35,629 bases of DNA, taken from the NCBI RefSeq assembly GCF_006345805.1, contig NW_021826252.1, forward strand, positions 1 to 35,629, given 5' to 3'. The number at the start of each line of letters is the position of its first letter. Position 1 is the stretch's first letter. The DNA is from Octopus sinensis. Lineage: Eukaryota. The notes beneath the pieces are model-generated. The model was not told the origin of the DNA, made no database searches, and saw only the letters and a list, made by a program, of their open reading frames with translations. The translations under genes were made by a program, and so were the position numbers. Of this stretch, positions 21,880 to 34,393 are shown piece after piece.

Positions 21880-22700
21880 ATAGAGAGAGAAAAAGGTGGG
21901 GTAGAAGATGGGCAGTGGGGGAGGGACGAGAAGATGTAATCAGGAGAGGGAGAAGATGGAGACAGAGAGGAGAGGGAAGAGATGGAGAGAGGGGAGGGAA
22001 GAGATGGAAAGAGGAGGGAAGGCACGGAGAGAGGGAAAGAAGACGAAGATGGGCGGGAGAAGACAGAGAGAGGGGGAAGGAGAAGATGGGGACAAAGAGG
22101 GAACAGAGAAGACAAGAAAAAAGGAGAGAGAAGACAGAGAGAGTGTGAGAGGAGATGGAAAAAATGGAGATAGGGGATGGAGAGGATGAGAGAGGAGAGG
22201 AGAAGATAGAGAGAGTAAGAGAGAAAGAGGAAGAAAGAGAGAGAAGAGAGAATGGGAGAGAAAGAGAAGAGGAAAGAGAATGAGAAGAGGAGAAAGTGGA
22301 AAGGAGAGGGTTAGAGGGAGGGGAAAGCAGAGGGAGAAGGGGGTGGAGAGGTAGGGAGGAGAAAGAAAGAGTGGGAAACATGAGAGAGAGAGAAGAGGAG
22401 AGAGGGGAAAAAGAGCAAGAGTGAAAGAGAGCAAAAGGGGACAAAAAGAGTGAGAGAGAAAAAAGGATAGGAGAGAGAGAAGAAAGAGACAGAGAGAGGA
22501 GACAGGTGAAGACAGAAGAAGCGGTAGAAGAGAAAAAGTGTAGGAGAGAAAGAGGAAGAGGAGAGAGGAATGGAAGAAGAGAGTGAGAGAGATAGAAAGA
22601 GCTGAGGAAAGAGAATGAGAGTGAGGAGAGGAGGGGTGGGAGGAAATGAAAGAGAGGAAGCGAGAAAGAAAGAAGGAAAAAGAAGGGAGTGAGAGGAAAC
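21880..22700. repeat. Purine-rich (GA/GGA) low-complexity tract
   Basis: About 800 nt almost free of pyrimidines on the + strand. Confidence 0.9.
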
Positions 22701-23040
22701 AATCGCTGATGTTTGTTAAAATGTCAGAAAAATTATTCCAAGGAACCTTCCTTTTTTACTGGTTTCAGTCACTGGACTGCAGCCATTCTGGCATCTTAGT
22801 TGCTTATATCAACCTCAGAACAGGCGTGTGTGTGTGTGAGAGAGAGTGAGAGAGAGAACAGAAATGATCCAAGAGAAATAACTCAGAGGTCAATGGCCAA
22901 TGGCATGAATATGGACAACAAAGATTGAGTAAAGATATATCAAAAACCATATCAGATAAATCCTTGACTTATTGAAATTATCTCCCCTTTGAGGAAAGGG
23001 GAGGTAATTTTGCCTAATGGCAACTGTGATTAGTTTTAAT

Positions 23041-23935
23041 TATCAGGTCATCACATAAAATCTGTCTGATTTTTACCTTTTTTAAAATTGAATGAAATTC
23101 AATAGTATTTTAGAATGTCTAATGGAATTAAAGATTATTTTTATGCATTTGTGTACACTTAAACTAATTAAATATAATTTTACAGAATAATAGAATTAAA
23201 ATTTCTTTGATTAAAACCCTGGAAGTATCCAAAGAGCATTTGAGGCACATAATGCTTTAGGAGTGCAAAAATGGAAACTCAGCTGCCAAAATGACTCGAA
23301 ACATACACTCAGTTTATGGGAAAGAATGCTTGAATGAAAAATGGTTTGTAAAATTCAGAAGTGAAGCTTTCAGCCTTGAAGATGAAGATCGAACAGGACG
23401 TCTAATCGAGTTTGATGATAAGCTCCTTGAGGCATTACTTGAAAAAATCCTGCATTATCAGTTGAAGAATTGACAATAAAGCTTAGTTCAAACCATACAA
23501 CTGTTCATCGTCATCTTCAACAACTTGGAAAGGTTCCTAAACTTGGAAAATGGGTGACTCATGAATTGTCCGAAAGCAACCGCAAATTCCGAGTTGACAT
23601 CTGCTCTTCTCTCCATTCTCACGAACTCATTTCACTCCTTTTGGATAGACGTGTGACTGGTGACGAAAAATGTTAAACGTCGTAAACAGTGGCTTGGTAA
23701 AAAGGAAAATGCTCAACCACAACCAAGAAGAGAACTGCATGGAAAAAAAGATTCTTCTCTCTATCTGGTGAGATTGCAAAGGAGTAATTCACTTTGAATT
23801 GTTACCACCTAATGCATCAATCAATACTGAAGTCTACTGTCATCAATTCGAGCATTTGAACCAGGCTTTGAAGAAAAAAAGACCCTCTTTAGTGAATCGA
23901 AAAGGAGTGATGTTTCATCAGGACAATGTGCGGGA
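23041..23935 (+). mobile_element. Degenerate mariner transposase remnant (second family), 3'-truncated
   Basis: Frameshifted pieces KEHLRHIML..WFVKFRSEAFSLEDEDRTGR / HRHLQQLGKVPKLGKWVTHEL..RVTGDEK / INTEVYCHQ..KKRPSLVNRKGVMFHQDN. Confidence 0.9.
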
Positions 23936-24189
23936 ATCTTATACATTGTGTATAAACTCTATATTTGGACGGACCCATTTTAAACTCTGTTGGACTTTTG
24001 GACTTTACTCATAGGGTATTGGAATATTATATATATACTATATATATTACATATATACCATTATGCCCAAAAAATGGATTTACAACTTCAATAGCCATAC
24101 ATATTTTGCATCTATTTTCTTTTCCTCCACATCACTCTCTATTTTGTATCACATCTAAACTAACTATTACTTAACCATTCTTTCACACC

Positions 24190-24241
24190 GTCTCCAATGA
24201 AGGGATATAATTAATATATATCCTGGAAACAGCTGTAAGAC
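24190..24241 (+). ncRNA. Type-I hammerhead motif with decayed core (CCAAUGA), likely inactive
   Basis: GUCU-CCAAUGA-[GGAUAUA/UAUAUCC stem II]-GAAA-CAGCUGU-A-AGAC; palindromic stem III ACAGCUGU, 4-bp stem I. Confidence 0.55.
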
Positions 24242-24512
24242 CTTCTATCAATAACTGTTCTACTTTCTACACAGCCTTGGTTTTTTTTATCTCATTACGC
24301 AAAAAATTCTTATATATATATTCTGGAGAACTGCCTTTAGTTGAATAATTCGACCCCAGGACTTATTCTTTATAATCCTAGTAGTACTTATTCTATCATT
24401 ATCCTTGTCAAACTGCTAAGTTACAGGGATGTAAACACATCAACATTGGTTGTCAAGTGATGATGGGGCAACAAACACAGACACACAAACACGTACAAAC
24501 TCACACCAAAAT

Positions 24513-24872
24513 CGAAATTGATCAACATCAATGGAAATTGTAGCTGTGATACCAGTGCCGGTGGCACGTAAGAGAACCATCCGAATGTGGCCGTTGCCAG
24601 AGCCACCCCGACTGGCCTCCATGCCGGTGGCACATAAAAAGCACCATCCGATTGTGGCCGTTGCCAGCCTCATCTGGCACCTATGCAGGTGGCACGTAAA
24701 AAGCACCCACTACACTCACGGAGTGGTTGGCGTTAGGAAGGGCATCCAGCTGTAGAAAAACTGCCAGATCAGACTGGGCCTGGCACAGCCTTCTGGCTTC
24801 CCAGACCCCAGTTGAACCGTCCAACCCATGCCAGCATGGAAAATGGACGTTAAACAATGATGATGATGATGA
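24513..24872 (+). mobile_element. SINE family C
   Basis: atcaatggaaattgtagctgtgatacc...gcacgtaaaaagcacccactacactc...gacgttaaacaatgatgatg. Confidence 0.85.
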
Positions 24873-24876
24873 TATA

Positions 24877-25020
24877 TACGATGGGCTTCTGTCTACCAAA
24901 TACACTCACAAGGCTTTGGTTGGCCTGAGAAGACACTTACCCAAGGTTCCATGCAGTGGGACTGAACCTAGAACCATGTGTTTGGGAAGCAAGCTACTTA
25001 CCACACGGCCACTCCTATGC
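24877..25020 (-). mobile_element. SINE family A, 5' half
   Basis: acgatgggcttc...accacacggccactcct. Confidence 0.8.
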
Positions 25021-25170
25021 CTATACATGTATATATATATACATATATATATATATGTATTCATTCTTTTTGGGGGTTAATGAGTACACGGAAAGATAAA
25101 GAACTGGAAAAAATACAAGACAGTAATCCAAACAAAAATGTTTTCATGGAACTGGTGATGTGTGTGTTTA

Positions 25171-25218
<48 letters not shown>

Positions 25219-25889
25219 TGTGTGATTATGTGTTCATGTATTTATACATGTGTATGTGTGTGAGTGTGTATGCACATACACATACTGCTATTGCTCTTTT
25301 TGTGTGTGTATGAAGGGACACATATATTCAATGTGCTTGTGTGTGTGTGTATGTGTACATGTAGGTATTTATCAGTATGTGTGTTTGTACCCATATATAC
25401 AAGTATTAATGTGTATGTGTGTGTGTATGAATGTATGCAAGTATCTATCTGAATGTGTATGTATTTGTAGTTGTGTATATGCATGTATACATGTATCTAC
25501 ATTTGTGTGTGAGTGTATGTGTGTGTATACATGCATGTACTTATCTATAAAAGTGTGTGCATGCGTATGCACTTATACATGCATTTACCTATGTATGCAC
25601 ATGTGTGCATATATATATACACACAGGATGATAAATTATATACTCAGTTTCTATAAACTGTTTACTTTGTATAAAATTTATTGATGGTTAAATTTAGGTT
25701 TCAACGATGAAGACATGTTTTGCACTTAAACAAAGTTAAACAAGCAGATACAAAGAGTGTGTACAAGGTGGACCGGGTCAGTTGGATGGACAGAGGGGTG
25801 GATGGATGGAGAGATCTTTAGATATTTAAATGTATATGTATACATATAGGTAGTTATCTGCGTATGTTTTTATTTATATATACAAATAT

Positions 25890-26056
25890 ATTGATATTTA
25901 TATGTGTGTGCATATAGGTATGTATGTGTGTGGTGTGTGTGTGTGTGGTGTGTGTGTGTGTATATATATATATACACACACGTCTATATATATATATGTA
26001 TATATGTATGCATATACACATATATGGATGTGTGTGTATACATGTCACATGTCTAC

Positions 26057-26094
<38 letters not shown>

Positions 26095-26500
26095 CATATT
26101 TGCATATAAACATATATATATATATATACACACACACACATATATATATATACCTATACACAATTTCAATCATACACACATACACGCATATACACACACA
26201 CATACGTATGTATGTATATGTATGTATGTATGTATGTTTGTATGTATGTATGTATGCATGTATGCATGTATGTATGCATGTATGTATGTATGTATGTATG
26301 CATGTATGCATGTATGTATGTATGTATGTATGCATGTATGCATGTATGCATGTATGTATATATGTATGTATGTATGCATGTATGCATGTATGTATGTATG
26401 TATGTGTGTATGTATGTATGTATGTATGTATGTATGTATGTATGTATGTATGCATGCCTGCATGCATGTATATATATATATGTGGATGGATGGATAGCTA
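25890..26500. repeat. (TG)n/(TA)n/(TATG)n compound microsatellite
   Basis: Direct observation. Confidence 0.95.
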
Positions 26501-26961
26501 AGTCAAACTGTTATTAAAAATGTGTATGCATATATCTATCTCTAGCTACCTATGTGTGTGTATACATATATGTGTATATATATATATTAGAAAGAGAGAG
26601 AGGGGGACGGGTGTATGCGAGAAACCAGGTTTAAAGCCTAAACATGTTTACATTAGTTTATCCATGTAACGAAGCTGCCTACCTTGGTTTTTATAATGTT
26701 CAGCATCCGGACACATGATGATAATGATGATGATGATGAGGAGGAGGAGGAGGAGGAGGAGAAGGAAGATGAGGAGGATATTTGATAGAGAGGAATATAT
26801 AATGCTGTGGATACGTACATATATATATATATATATATATACGATGCTGTGGATATGCATGCACACATGCATACATACACACACATATATATATACACAT
26901 ATATGTATATATAGATATATATTTCCACATACACATATATACACACACATATATATATATG

Positions 26962-27004
<43 letters not shown>

Positions 27005-27454
27005 GAGAAAGATTCGAGAAAAATATCCAGGTATGCCTGCTGCACGAAAACTAAACAGTAAAGTGGGCGCTAACATAATTAATGTCGTAAGATAAGAAAC
27101 ATTAATTAATAAAATATTACAGTCTATTTCTGTAACGATCGTCAGAGATTTCAACACCTCTGGCCTTATTACCATTCCTTACTTAACTTCACAGAGCCTG
27201 GCTTTTTTGATGGTTCCAGATTTCCAAGAACTACTTCACCTCTACACCCATCTCCAAGCATCTGTTACTCTCCGCCGCCACCTCAAACTCTTTTGCAATT
27301 CCTGCACCACCACCAATCCACAGTCTCTGTCCTCTCTTATGCTTACATTCTTGTTTTTGCTCTAGCAACCCATCAATATCATCTTTACAGTCTTTCTAGC
27401 TACTCAAACCTGTTCTGATATAATTGCTGGGTAGCCATGTATCTCTCGGTATAA

Positions 27455-27690
27455 TAGGCAGCGAGCTGGCAGAATCGTTAGCACGCCAGGCAAAATGCTT
27501 AGCGGTATTTCGTCTGTCGTTACGTAGTGAGTTCAAATTCCGCCGAGGTCCACTTTGCCTTTCATCCTCTTGGAGTCGATAAATTAAGTACCAGTTACGT
27601 ACTGGGGTCGATGTAATCAACTTAATACCTATGTCTGTCCTTGTTTGTCTCCTCTATGTTTGGCCCCTTGTGGGTAATAAAGAAATAGGT
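27455..27690 (+). mobile_element. tRNA-derived SINE family B, full length
   Basis: ggcagcgagctggcagaatcgttagcacgcc (A-box-like) ... gagttcaaattcc (B-box-like) ... ccccttgtgggtaataaagaaatagg. Confidence 0.85.
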
Positions 27691-27743
27691 ATAATAGAGG
27701 GACAAGCTGAGGAGACTTGTGAAATGAAAGGCTCTGCTTAAGA

Positions 27744-28210
27744 ACATAATGTATTGCTTGGACCAAGAATCAAAGCATGACCCCTTGGCTTGTCCCTGTA
27801 TTATACTGTAGCCATTAAACACCTGACAGAAAGTTACCTGTTACACTCTCTTCATTTTTACTTATAACCCCTACCCCTTCCCCAAACACTGTCTTTTCAG
27901 CACCATGTACCTTGAGAGTTTGCTCTGGTACCCCATCACTACATCTTTATATCCTTCACAGCTAACCTTATATGTGAGATAGCCATGTACCTACCTGTAT
28001 GATATAGTAACAAGCCAAGGGGTTTCGTGAAATGAAGTGCCTTATTTATAAACATAATGTACTCCCTAGGCCAAGAACATAATGTATTGCCTGGACCAAG
28101 GATCAAACAAAGACCCCTCAGCTTGTCCTTGTATCATACTTTAGCTACTTAACACCTGACATGAAGTCATCTATTACTCTCCTTTTGCTAACACTTATAA
28201 TCCCCTGCCC
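27744..28210. repeat. Diverged ~135-bp direct repeat pair (starting about 27744 and 28076)
   Basis: aacataatgtattgc(t/c)tggaccaag..atcaaa..gacccc..gcttgtcc..tgta..atact..agc..aacacctgaca occurs twice; family unidentified. Confidence 0.7.
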
Positions 28211-28296
28211 CCTTCTTACCTCCATCCACTGTCTGTATCCTTTCTTATGTTCACCTTCTTGTACCTTGAGAGCTTGTTCTGGGACCCCATACTCTC

Positions 28297-28680
28297 TTTA
28301 CTCTTTTACTTGTTTCAGTCATTTGACTGTGGCCTTGCTGGAGCACCACCTTTAATCGAGCAACTCGACCCCGGGACTTATTCTTTTGTAAGCCCAGTAC
28401 TTGTTCTATCGGTCTCTTTTGCCAAACCGCTAAGTGACGGAGACGTAAACACACCAGCATCGGTTGTCAAGCAATGCTAGGGGGACAAACACACACATGC
28501 ATATATATATATATACATATATACGACGGGCTTCTTTCAGTTTCCGTCTACCAAATCCACTCACAAGGCTTTGGTCAGCCCAAGGCTATAGTAGAAGACA
28601 CTTGCCCAAGGTGCTACGCAGTGGGACTGAACCCAGAACTGTGTGGTTGGTAAACAAGCTACTTACCACACAGCCATCTC
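28297..28680 (-). mobile_element. SINE family A, full length
   Basis: Tail to head, all present. Confidence 0.9.
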
Positions 28681-29549
28681 TACCATTTTTATCTTCTCCC
28701 CAGCTATCCTTATATAATCTGGTCTACCCCCGTATTTCCTCTATAGAAAAACACCTGCATTCTTTAAGGGTTCACAAAAGAATATAAATAGGTGGTTTGT
28801 TTTAGCAGGTCAATAAGTTTCATTACTCACTGTTGATGTTATTTAGGGTATTTCCTGTTTGTATTTGGAAGGTGGGGGTCATTAGCGGAGCATGTCATGG
28901 TGCTGTTAGTATAGAAATTTCTTTATCTTTTGCTTTTATGTTCACAAGAGAGTGTAGCCAGCATATTCCTCTCTGGGGCTCTTTATTCTATAAGCAATTT
29001 CATTAATATGTAGAAACGTTAACTTTGTGTTTTATAGAAGCAGGGTTTGTGAGCTATGTGTTTATGACTGAACATCAAAGTGTCTATGTACACACATGTT
29101 CATACACACGCACATATATATCCAGATATATACATATATATATAAACACACACACATATATGTATACATACATATATATATATATATTATAATATATATA
29201 TTATTTATATAACACATATAATATACACATACATACAAACATACATGCATATATATATATATATATCATCATCATCATCGTTTAACGTTCGTTTTCCAAG
29301 CTGGCATGGGTTAGATGCTTTTCCTGAGTTCTGAGAAGCCAGGAGGCTGCACCAGGCTCCAGTCTGACCTGGGAATGTTTCTACAGCAGGATACCCTTCC
29401 TAATGCCAACCATTCTGAGAGTGTTGTGGGTGGAGTGATTTTATATATATATATATATTTCATATTATATATATTATATTATAATACATAAATTTTTATA
29501 TACACACACACACATACATACATACATATACATACATATATATATGCCC

Positions 29550-29912
29550 TCTTACTCTTTTACTTGTTTCAGTCATTTGACTGTGGCCATACCGGAGCAC
29601 TGCCTTTAGTCGAGCAAATTGACCCCAGGACTTATGCTTTGTAAGCCTAGTACTTATTCTATCGGTATCTTTTGCTGAACCGCTAAGTTACGGGGATGTA
29701 AACACACCAGCATCGGTTGTCAAGTGATGTTAGGGGGACAAACGCAGACACACAAACATATACACACACATACATATATACATATATATGACAGGCTTCT
29801 TTGGTCGGCCTGAGGCTATAGTAGAAGACACTTGCCCAAGGTGCCACGCAGCAGGACTGAACCCAGAACCATGTGGTTCATAAGCAAGCTACTTACCACA
29901 CAGCCATTCCTA
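29550..29912 (-). mobile_element. SINE family A, with internal deletion
   Basis: Tail to head present. Confidence 0.85.
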
Positions 29913-30120
29913 TGCCTATATATAGGTGGTGCTATTAAGTTAGACATGGCCTGGGCCAATAATGGCCGAAACCTATCAAAGTATCAAAGTATCAAAGTAT
30001 ATATATATATATATATATATAAGGTTAATCCAAACGAGAAAACAGAAAAAACAACAACACAAGGAGGTGGAACAATTAAAGTATTATTATTAGGCGCTCA
30101 GGAAAACGGGAAGAAGGAGG

Positions 30121-30156
30121 GTATGACGTTTCGAGCGAGCTCTTCATCGGAAACAT
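30121..30156 (-). ncRNA. Minimal type-I hammerhead motif (core CCGAUGA) in a PLE pLTR fragment (about 30030-30215)
   Basis: GUUU-CCGAUGA-A-GAGCUCGCUC-GAAA-CGU-C-AUAC. Stem I is imperfect. The downstream ttcctgagcg motif is shared with the 14846 and 33611 pLTRs. Confidence 0.55.
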
Positions 30157-30254
30157 AAGAGAAAGAAAGATCCCAAGGCGGGCGGACGGAGAGAAAAAAA
30201 AACGCGCGACTGGTTTATATATATATATATATATATATCAAATCAAATCAATCA

Positions 30255-30758
30255 AAACAAATCAAAATAGATGAACATCAATGGAATTTGTATCTTTGTG
30301 GTACCATTGCCGTGGCACGTGCACACAAGAAACCATCCGAACCGTGGCCGTAGCCAGTACCTCATCGACTGGCCTCCGTGCTGTGGGCACGTAACAAACA
30401 CCATCCGATCGTGGCCGTTTGCCAGCCTCATCTGGCACCTGTGTCGGTGGCACATAAAAAAACCATCCGAGCGTGGCGTCTGCCTGCCAGCCTCGTCTGG
30501 CACGTGTCGGTGCCATAAAAAAACACCATCCGAGCGTGGCCGTTTGCCAGCCTCGTCTGGCACCTGTGTCGGTGGCACATAAAATCACCCACTACACTCT
30601 CGGAGTGGTTGGCGTTAGGAAGGGCATCCAGCTGTAGAAACACTGCCAGATCTGACTGGACTGGTGCAGCTTTCGGCGCTCCCCAGACCCCAGTTGAACC
30701 GTCCAACCCATGCTAGCATGGAAAGCGGACGTTAAATGATGATGATGATGATGATGAT
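30255..30758 (+). mobile_element. SINE family C with tandemly amplified ~60-bp internal unit
   Basis: The unit accatccga.cgtggc..t(tt)gccagcctc.tctggcac..gtgtcggtg..ca.ataaaa is repeated about three times. Confidence 0.85.
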
Positions 30759-31097
30759 ATATGTTCACACACACACATATATAGAGAGAAAGAGAGGGTG
30801 CATGGCCTAGAGGTTGGGGTATTGCACTCATGATCCAGTGATCATGATTTCAGTTCCTACACTGGGTGGTGCATTGTGGTCTTGAGCAAAACACTTCATC
30901 TCATGTTGCTCTGCAATCATTTCAACACCTGAGGCATGACACACTGTGCACCTGTTCAGACAATGTTGATTTGATGCAGAGAGTGACCTAATGCACATCA
31001 CAAGCATTTGATCACTATAAACAAATCATTTGTGCAGGTCATTCGGGAAACTGAATGCTCTTATGTCATCTTCAGTGAGAGGGTCCATCATCATATA

Positions 31098-31535
31098 TGT
31101 AGTGATGCTACTGTGTAAGGTTCAGCGCACATGAGCAGAATTGGATTACTTCTGGTTGCCCACCGGAAGTTTTCCTCATGCGCAGGAACTGAAACCTGAA
31201 ACGCGGATCGCTAAATCATCCTTTCTGGCATAAGCGGTGCTAGGGGACAGACGTGTCTTGACTTTCACTCTGAGAACCTCACCCCAACAAAGCGGGAGCG
31301 AACCCGACGAATCGTCTTGATTTGCAACAAGAAAGCATCGCAATCAGTCCTACGGATTCGGCTGCCGGTTTCCCACTAGAGATAAACGTGCACTAGTTCT
31401 TACCTGTAACCGAGAATAAACCACCACTTACTGTGATCATAGACCGCCTGACTTTGTCTCTGTTTATTCTACCTAAATTGTATGTGACGGGATTAGATCA
31501 GACACCCCTTCAGTGTTACCGAACCTAAATATACA
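31098..31535. mobile_element. Probable solo LTR (438 bp), TGTA...TACA termini, 4-bp TSD tata
   Basis: tata|TGTAgtg ... aaataTACA|tata; CpG-rich relative to the flanks; AATAAA near 31415. The TSD lies in AT-rich sequence, so it is weak evidence. Confidence 0.55.
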
Positions 31536-31769
31536 TATACTTTGACTTTTTATTACCCACAAGGGGCTATACACAGAATGGGACAATACAAAGAAGACAA
31601 ACATAAACTTGGGGAACTTCAAATACAAAAAGAAGATGAATTAAGACGAAAAAATTAAAGAAGAATGAAAATATGAAAAGATATGAGGTGCAATGCCCAC
31701 TCGACCCCCAAAGTCGAGTGGTTACATTTCGACAATTTTTTTCCCTTTTTCATAAATGCAGTTTCACAA

Positions 31770-32182
31770 AAGTGGCTGTGTGGTAAGTAGCTTGCTTACG
31801 AACCACATGGTTCTGGGTTCAGTCCCACTGCATGGAACCTTGGGCAAGTGTCTTCTACTATAGCCTCGGGCCAACCAATGCCTTGTGAGTGGATTTGATA
31901 GACGGAAACTGAAAGAAGCCCATCGTATATTATATATTTATATATATATGTATGTGTGTGTGTTTGTTTGTGTGTCTGTGTTTGTCTCCCCAACATCGCT
32001 TGACAACCGATGCTGGTGTGTTTACGTCCCCGTAACTTAGCAGTTCGGCAAAAGACACCGATAGAATAAGTACTAGGCTTCCATAGAATAAGTTCTGGGG
32101 TCGATTTGCTCGACTAAAAAGGTGGTGCTACAGCATGGCCACAGTCAAATGACTGAAAAACAAGTAAAAGAGTAAAGAGTAT
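31770..32182 (+). mobile_element. SINE family A, full length
   Basis: agtggctgtgtggtaagtagc ... aagtaaaagagtaaagag. Confidence 0.9.
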
Positions 32183-32394
32183 ACATATACATATTACAAT
32201 ATCGTATACATATACATATCATCATCATCATCATCATCCTTATCTAGTCTGATTTGGCATGGTTTCTACAGCTGGATACCCTTCCTAATGCCAACCACTC
32301 TGAGAGTGTAATGGGTGCTTTTACATGCCACTGACACAGGTGCCATTTGCCTGACACCAATATCTGCCACGGCTACGATTTCAACAACAAGAAG

Positions 32395-32652
32395 GTATGT
32401 GGCTCAGTGGTTAAAGCATTTGGCTCATGACTGTAGGGTTGTGAGTTCAATTACTGGCGGGCACATTGCGTCCTTGAGCTTTATTTCACGTTGCTCCAGT
32501 CAATTCATCAGTGTCTCGCAGAATCTCCCTGAGAACTACATTAAGAGTATGCATGTCCATGGAGTACTCAGCCACTTGCGCATTAATTTCATGAGCAGGC
32601 TGTTCCATTGATCGAATCAACTGGAACCTTTGTTTTCATAACTGACATAGTG
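32395..32652 (+). mobile_element. tRNA-derived SINE family D
   Basis: gtggctcagtggttaaagc..gagttcaatt head; tail ggagtactcagccacttgc..ttgatcgaatcaactggaacc. Confidence 0.75.
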
Positions 32653-32967
32653 CTATATATTTATATATACATATATATATATATACTAACAATTTAACAA
32701 ATAAAACACATGTATACATACATACATATATGTACATACCTACATCTATATGTATAAATACATGCATATATATATATATATATATGAGTACAGGACACCA
32801 CAAATAAACGTAGAACACACCGAGAAACGAAAACATAAAACCAAACAAGGAAACGGACTTTTTTTAATAACGAAAAAAACAGTACAAGACAAACAATACA
32901 AGGAATATTCCCCTTCATCAGCTGCCCCTGGTTTGACTCAATGCGTGTTTCGAAAAGTTTTTATATT

Positions 32968-33001
<34 letters not shown>

Positions 33002-33259
33002 AATATATAAAGAAGTTTGAAAACGCCACTATATAAGATAAATTTTAATTTTCTTAGAGATTTCACGTTTCGGTTCTTCTTGAAGAAACGAACCTTATCA
33101 AAAATATTTTTAAAAGTTAAGTGTAATAAAAAAGTTCATAATTGTTTCTTACTAGTCTCAACAGAGTCCACATTGTGGTGTTTTGTGGGAGGGAGCATAA
33201 TGGCTGTCTTGTGCGTTGACTAGAATTGTTGGCTGTAATTGTGAAAAATATATATATAT

Positions 33260-33533
33260 ATGCCAGTGCCATCTGACTGGCACCCATACCAGTGGCATGT
33301 AAAAAGCACTGTTCGAACATGGATGATGCCAGTGCTGCCTGACTGTCTCCTGTGCCAGTGGCACATAAGAGCATCCACTACAGTCTCAGGGTGGTTGGCA
33401 TTAGGAAGGGCATTCAGTTGCAGAAACCTTGCCAAATCAGATTGGAGCCTGGTGCAGCCTCCTGGCTTGACAATTCTCAATGCAAGTAAGGAAAGCAGGT
33501 GTTAAATGACAATGACGATGATGATGATGATGA
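33260..33533 (+). mobile_element. SINE family C, older copy
   Basis: gtggcatgtaaaaagcac..ggttggcattaggaagggcattc..gttaaatgacaatgacgatgatg. Confidence 0.75.
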
Positions 33534-33610
33534 TAATGAAATATGTAGTCGCCATGATAGATCGTTAGCCACTACACACATTTTTTTCTCTCCTTGTTTT
33601 TTCTGTGTCC

Positions 33611-33646
33611 CTTTCTGTAGAAGAGCGTAGGCTCGAAACGTAAAAG
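33611..33646 (+). ncRNA. Minimal type-I hammerhead motif with variant core CUGUAGA, in a PLE pLTR (about 33545-33735)
   Basis: CUUU-CUGUAGA-A-GAGC(GUAG)GCUC-GAAA-CGU-A-AAAG; same family as 14846-14883. Confidence 0.65.
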
Positions 33647-33732
33647 ACTTTCTATTCCTGAGCGTTATACTAATACATCTGTTTGTTTTGTACACCACCT
33701 GTCTTCATCTTCATCTTTTTTTCATAAACTCT

Positions 33733-33771
<39 letters not shown>

Positions 33772-34182
33772 AAGGGATAGAGAAGTGGAATCTGAAATGG
33801 TCTTGGTACAGGTAGTTTGTAAGAATCAAGCATGTACATGGCTTGTATAGTCGACATAAAGTGGATGATATTCAATCAACAATGTTTATTAATCAACATA
33901 TGTTATTCATTTCATCCCGTGCTAAATTAGATGGAGATCTCAAAACAAAAATGACTGCCACAATGCAACTCATTGTTTAACAACAGAGAGTACTAATTAT
34001 GCAGTTATAAGCTGATTAGTGTAGGGAATGGAGAAGGTAAATCTGTACTACATATGTTTTCAAACCAACCTGAACATGTCTTACATAACTTAAAGGTATA
34101 AAACATATATACACCTTAGCTTCTCTTCCGGACGGATTACCTGCAGTTGTAAGACATTAGCATAAGGACAGATGTATATATA

Positions 34183-34224
<42 letters not shown>

Positions 34225-34361
34225 TGTGTCTATACACCTTTTAAACTGTCCAACCCATAACATGATGGAAAACAGAAAATAAATGATGATGATGAGGAGG
34301 AGGAGGATTATGATGATGATACGTACGTGTGTGTGAGTATGCATGTGTGTGTACATATAGT

Positions 34362-34393
<32 letters not shown>

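Noticed and set aside
21755-22702. 315-aa L/S/F/P-rich ORF
   Set aside because: Translation of the purine/pyrimidine low-complexity tract.
31697-31721. Perfect 9-bp hairpin ccactcgac/gtcgagtgg
   Set aside because: No CTRR Helitron end or other context on either side; isolated.
32895-32955. CUGAUGA-AGGGG-AAUA-UUCC on the minus strand with an upstream GAAAC
   Set aside because: No GAAA follows stem II; at best a broken pLTR hammerhead remnant.
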